Shown in pieces: positions 63,279 to 64,000 of a stretch of 64,000 nt of DNA. The translations under genes and the position numbers were made by a program. Location: contig CAVNZM010000002.1 in the NCBI GenBank assembly GCA_963693365.1, positions 10,596,328 through 10,660,327 of the forward strand. Direction: 5' to 3'. Position 1 is the stretch's first letter; each line of letters begins with the position of its first letter. This stretch comes from Amoebidium appalachense (lineage: Eukaryota; Protista; Ichthyosporea). The notes below the pieces were generated by a model. It worked only from the letters and a program-made list of their open reading frames with translations. It had not been told where the DNA came from and ran no database searches.

Positions 63279-64000
63279 TCCGGCCCATCCGGAGCCGGTC
63301 CATCGACCCCTCCGGGGACCGGTGGGCACAGGGCCTAAACGGCCCTTTGGGGGTTCGGCACGCTGTTCTGTATATTATTTTCCTGTTGTTGCCTGCCACG
63401 TGCCCTTGATTAAATATGCCCCCTAATTTTTCTAAGGATTCCACAGCTATGCCACTTCATGTCTTTGCCGCCTCTGATTTGTTTCCTGCTACGGCCATTC
63501 CTGTGCCGGACCATTCTAGGCAAGACCGTCTACGGAGTCAACGCTGTCGGCAACGTCTGTCTCACCGCCTGAAGGGGGCAGCTCGTTGAGGGCACCAAGA
63601 CAACGGTTAGCCAAGGTAACCCCCTTCAGGCGGTGAGACAGACGTTGCCGATAGCGTTGACTCTGTAGACGGCCTTGCCCAGAAAGGTCACAGGAACGTG
63701 GCATAGCTGTGGAATCCTTAGAAAAATTAGGGGGCATATTTAATCAAGGGCAAGTGGCAGGAAACCACAAGAAAATAATATACAGAACCGCGTGCCGAAC
63801 CCCCAAAGGGCCGTTTAGGCCCTGTTGCCACTGGCCCCCGGATGGGTCGATGGACCGGCTCCGGATGGGCCACTGCCGGGACCGCGCCGAGCCCGGGTGA
63901 CTTCGGTGAGAGTCTCGGCTTGACGAACAGCCCGGGTGGCCAAGGCAGGGGGCAGGGGCAGGCTGCGCGCAGGGAGCTCCTCAAACTGCCCTGCAACAGC
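63279..64000. mobile_element. Two further fragments of the YR-element gag/RT junction in opposite orientations
   Basis: 63279-63578 (+) and 63582-64000 (-) both match ~61500-61960. Confidence 0.88.

Overview
Repeat-dense eukaryotic DNA with GT-AG introns rich in (CA)/(TG) and poly-C/G. It resembles a unicellular opisthokont; an ichthyosporean is my inference only. One apparently intact host gene is present: a multi-exon TRM11 tRNA m2G10 methyltransferase (minus strand, 4395-8362). Nearly everything else is nested transposons. These are: a decayed non-LTR element; Ty3/Gypsy chromovirus family F1 (two full-length copies plus fragments); a related gag-only LTR family F2 (two copies); a TRIM-like element with an iMet PBS; a non-autonomous LTR element with an Arg-tRNA PBS, identical LTRs and an ACGAA-saturated interior; a probable CxC5/KDZ transposase relic; a split-direct-repeat tyrosine-recombinase retrotransposon; and a Plavaka transposase relic head-to-head with an 8-exon KDM4-like JmjC gene. 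Two observations stand out. (1) F1, F2 and a third LTR end all lack a TGG-type PBS and instead share AGCTACACC(CCC/TTT), which is complementary to nt 1-12 of tRNA-Ala; in F1 and F2 it sits in a conserved RNA fold. This suggests a non-standard way of priming reverse transcription. (2) A Plavaka element appears to carry a histone-demethylase-like cargo gene. All calls are by eye, with no database searches.
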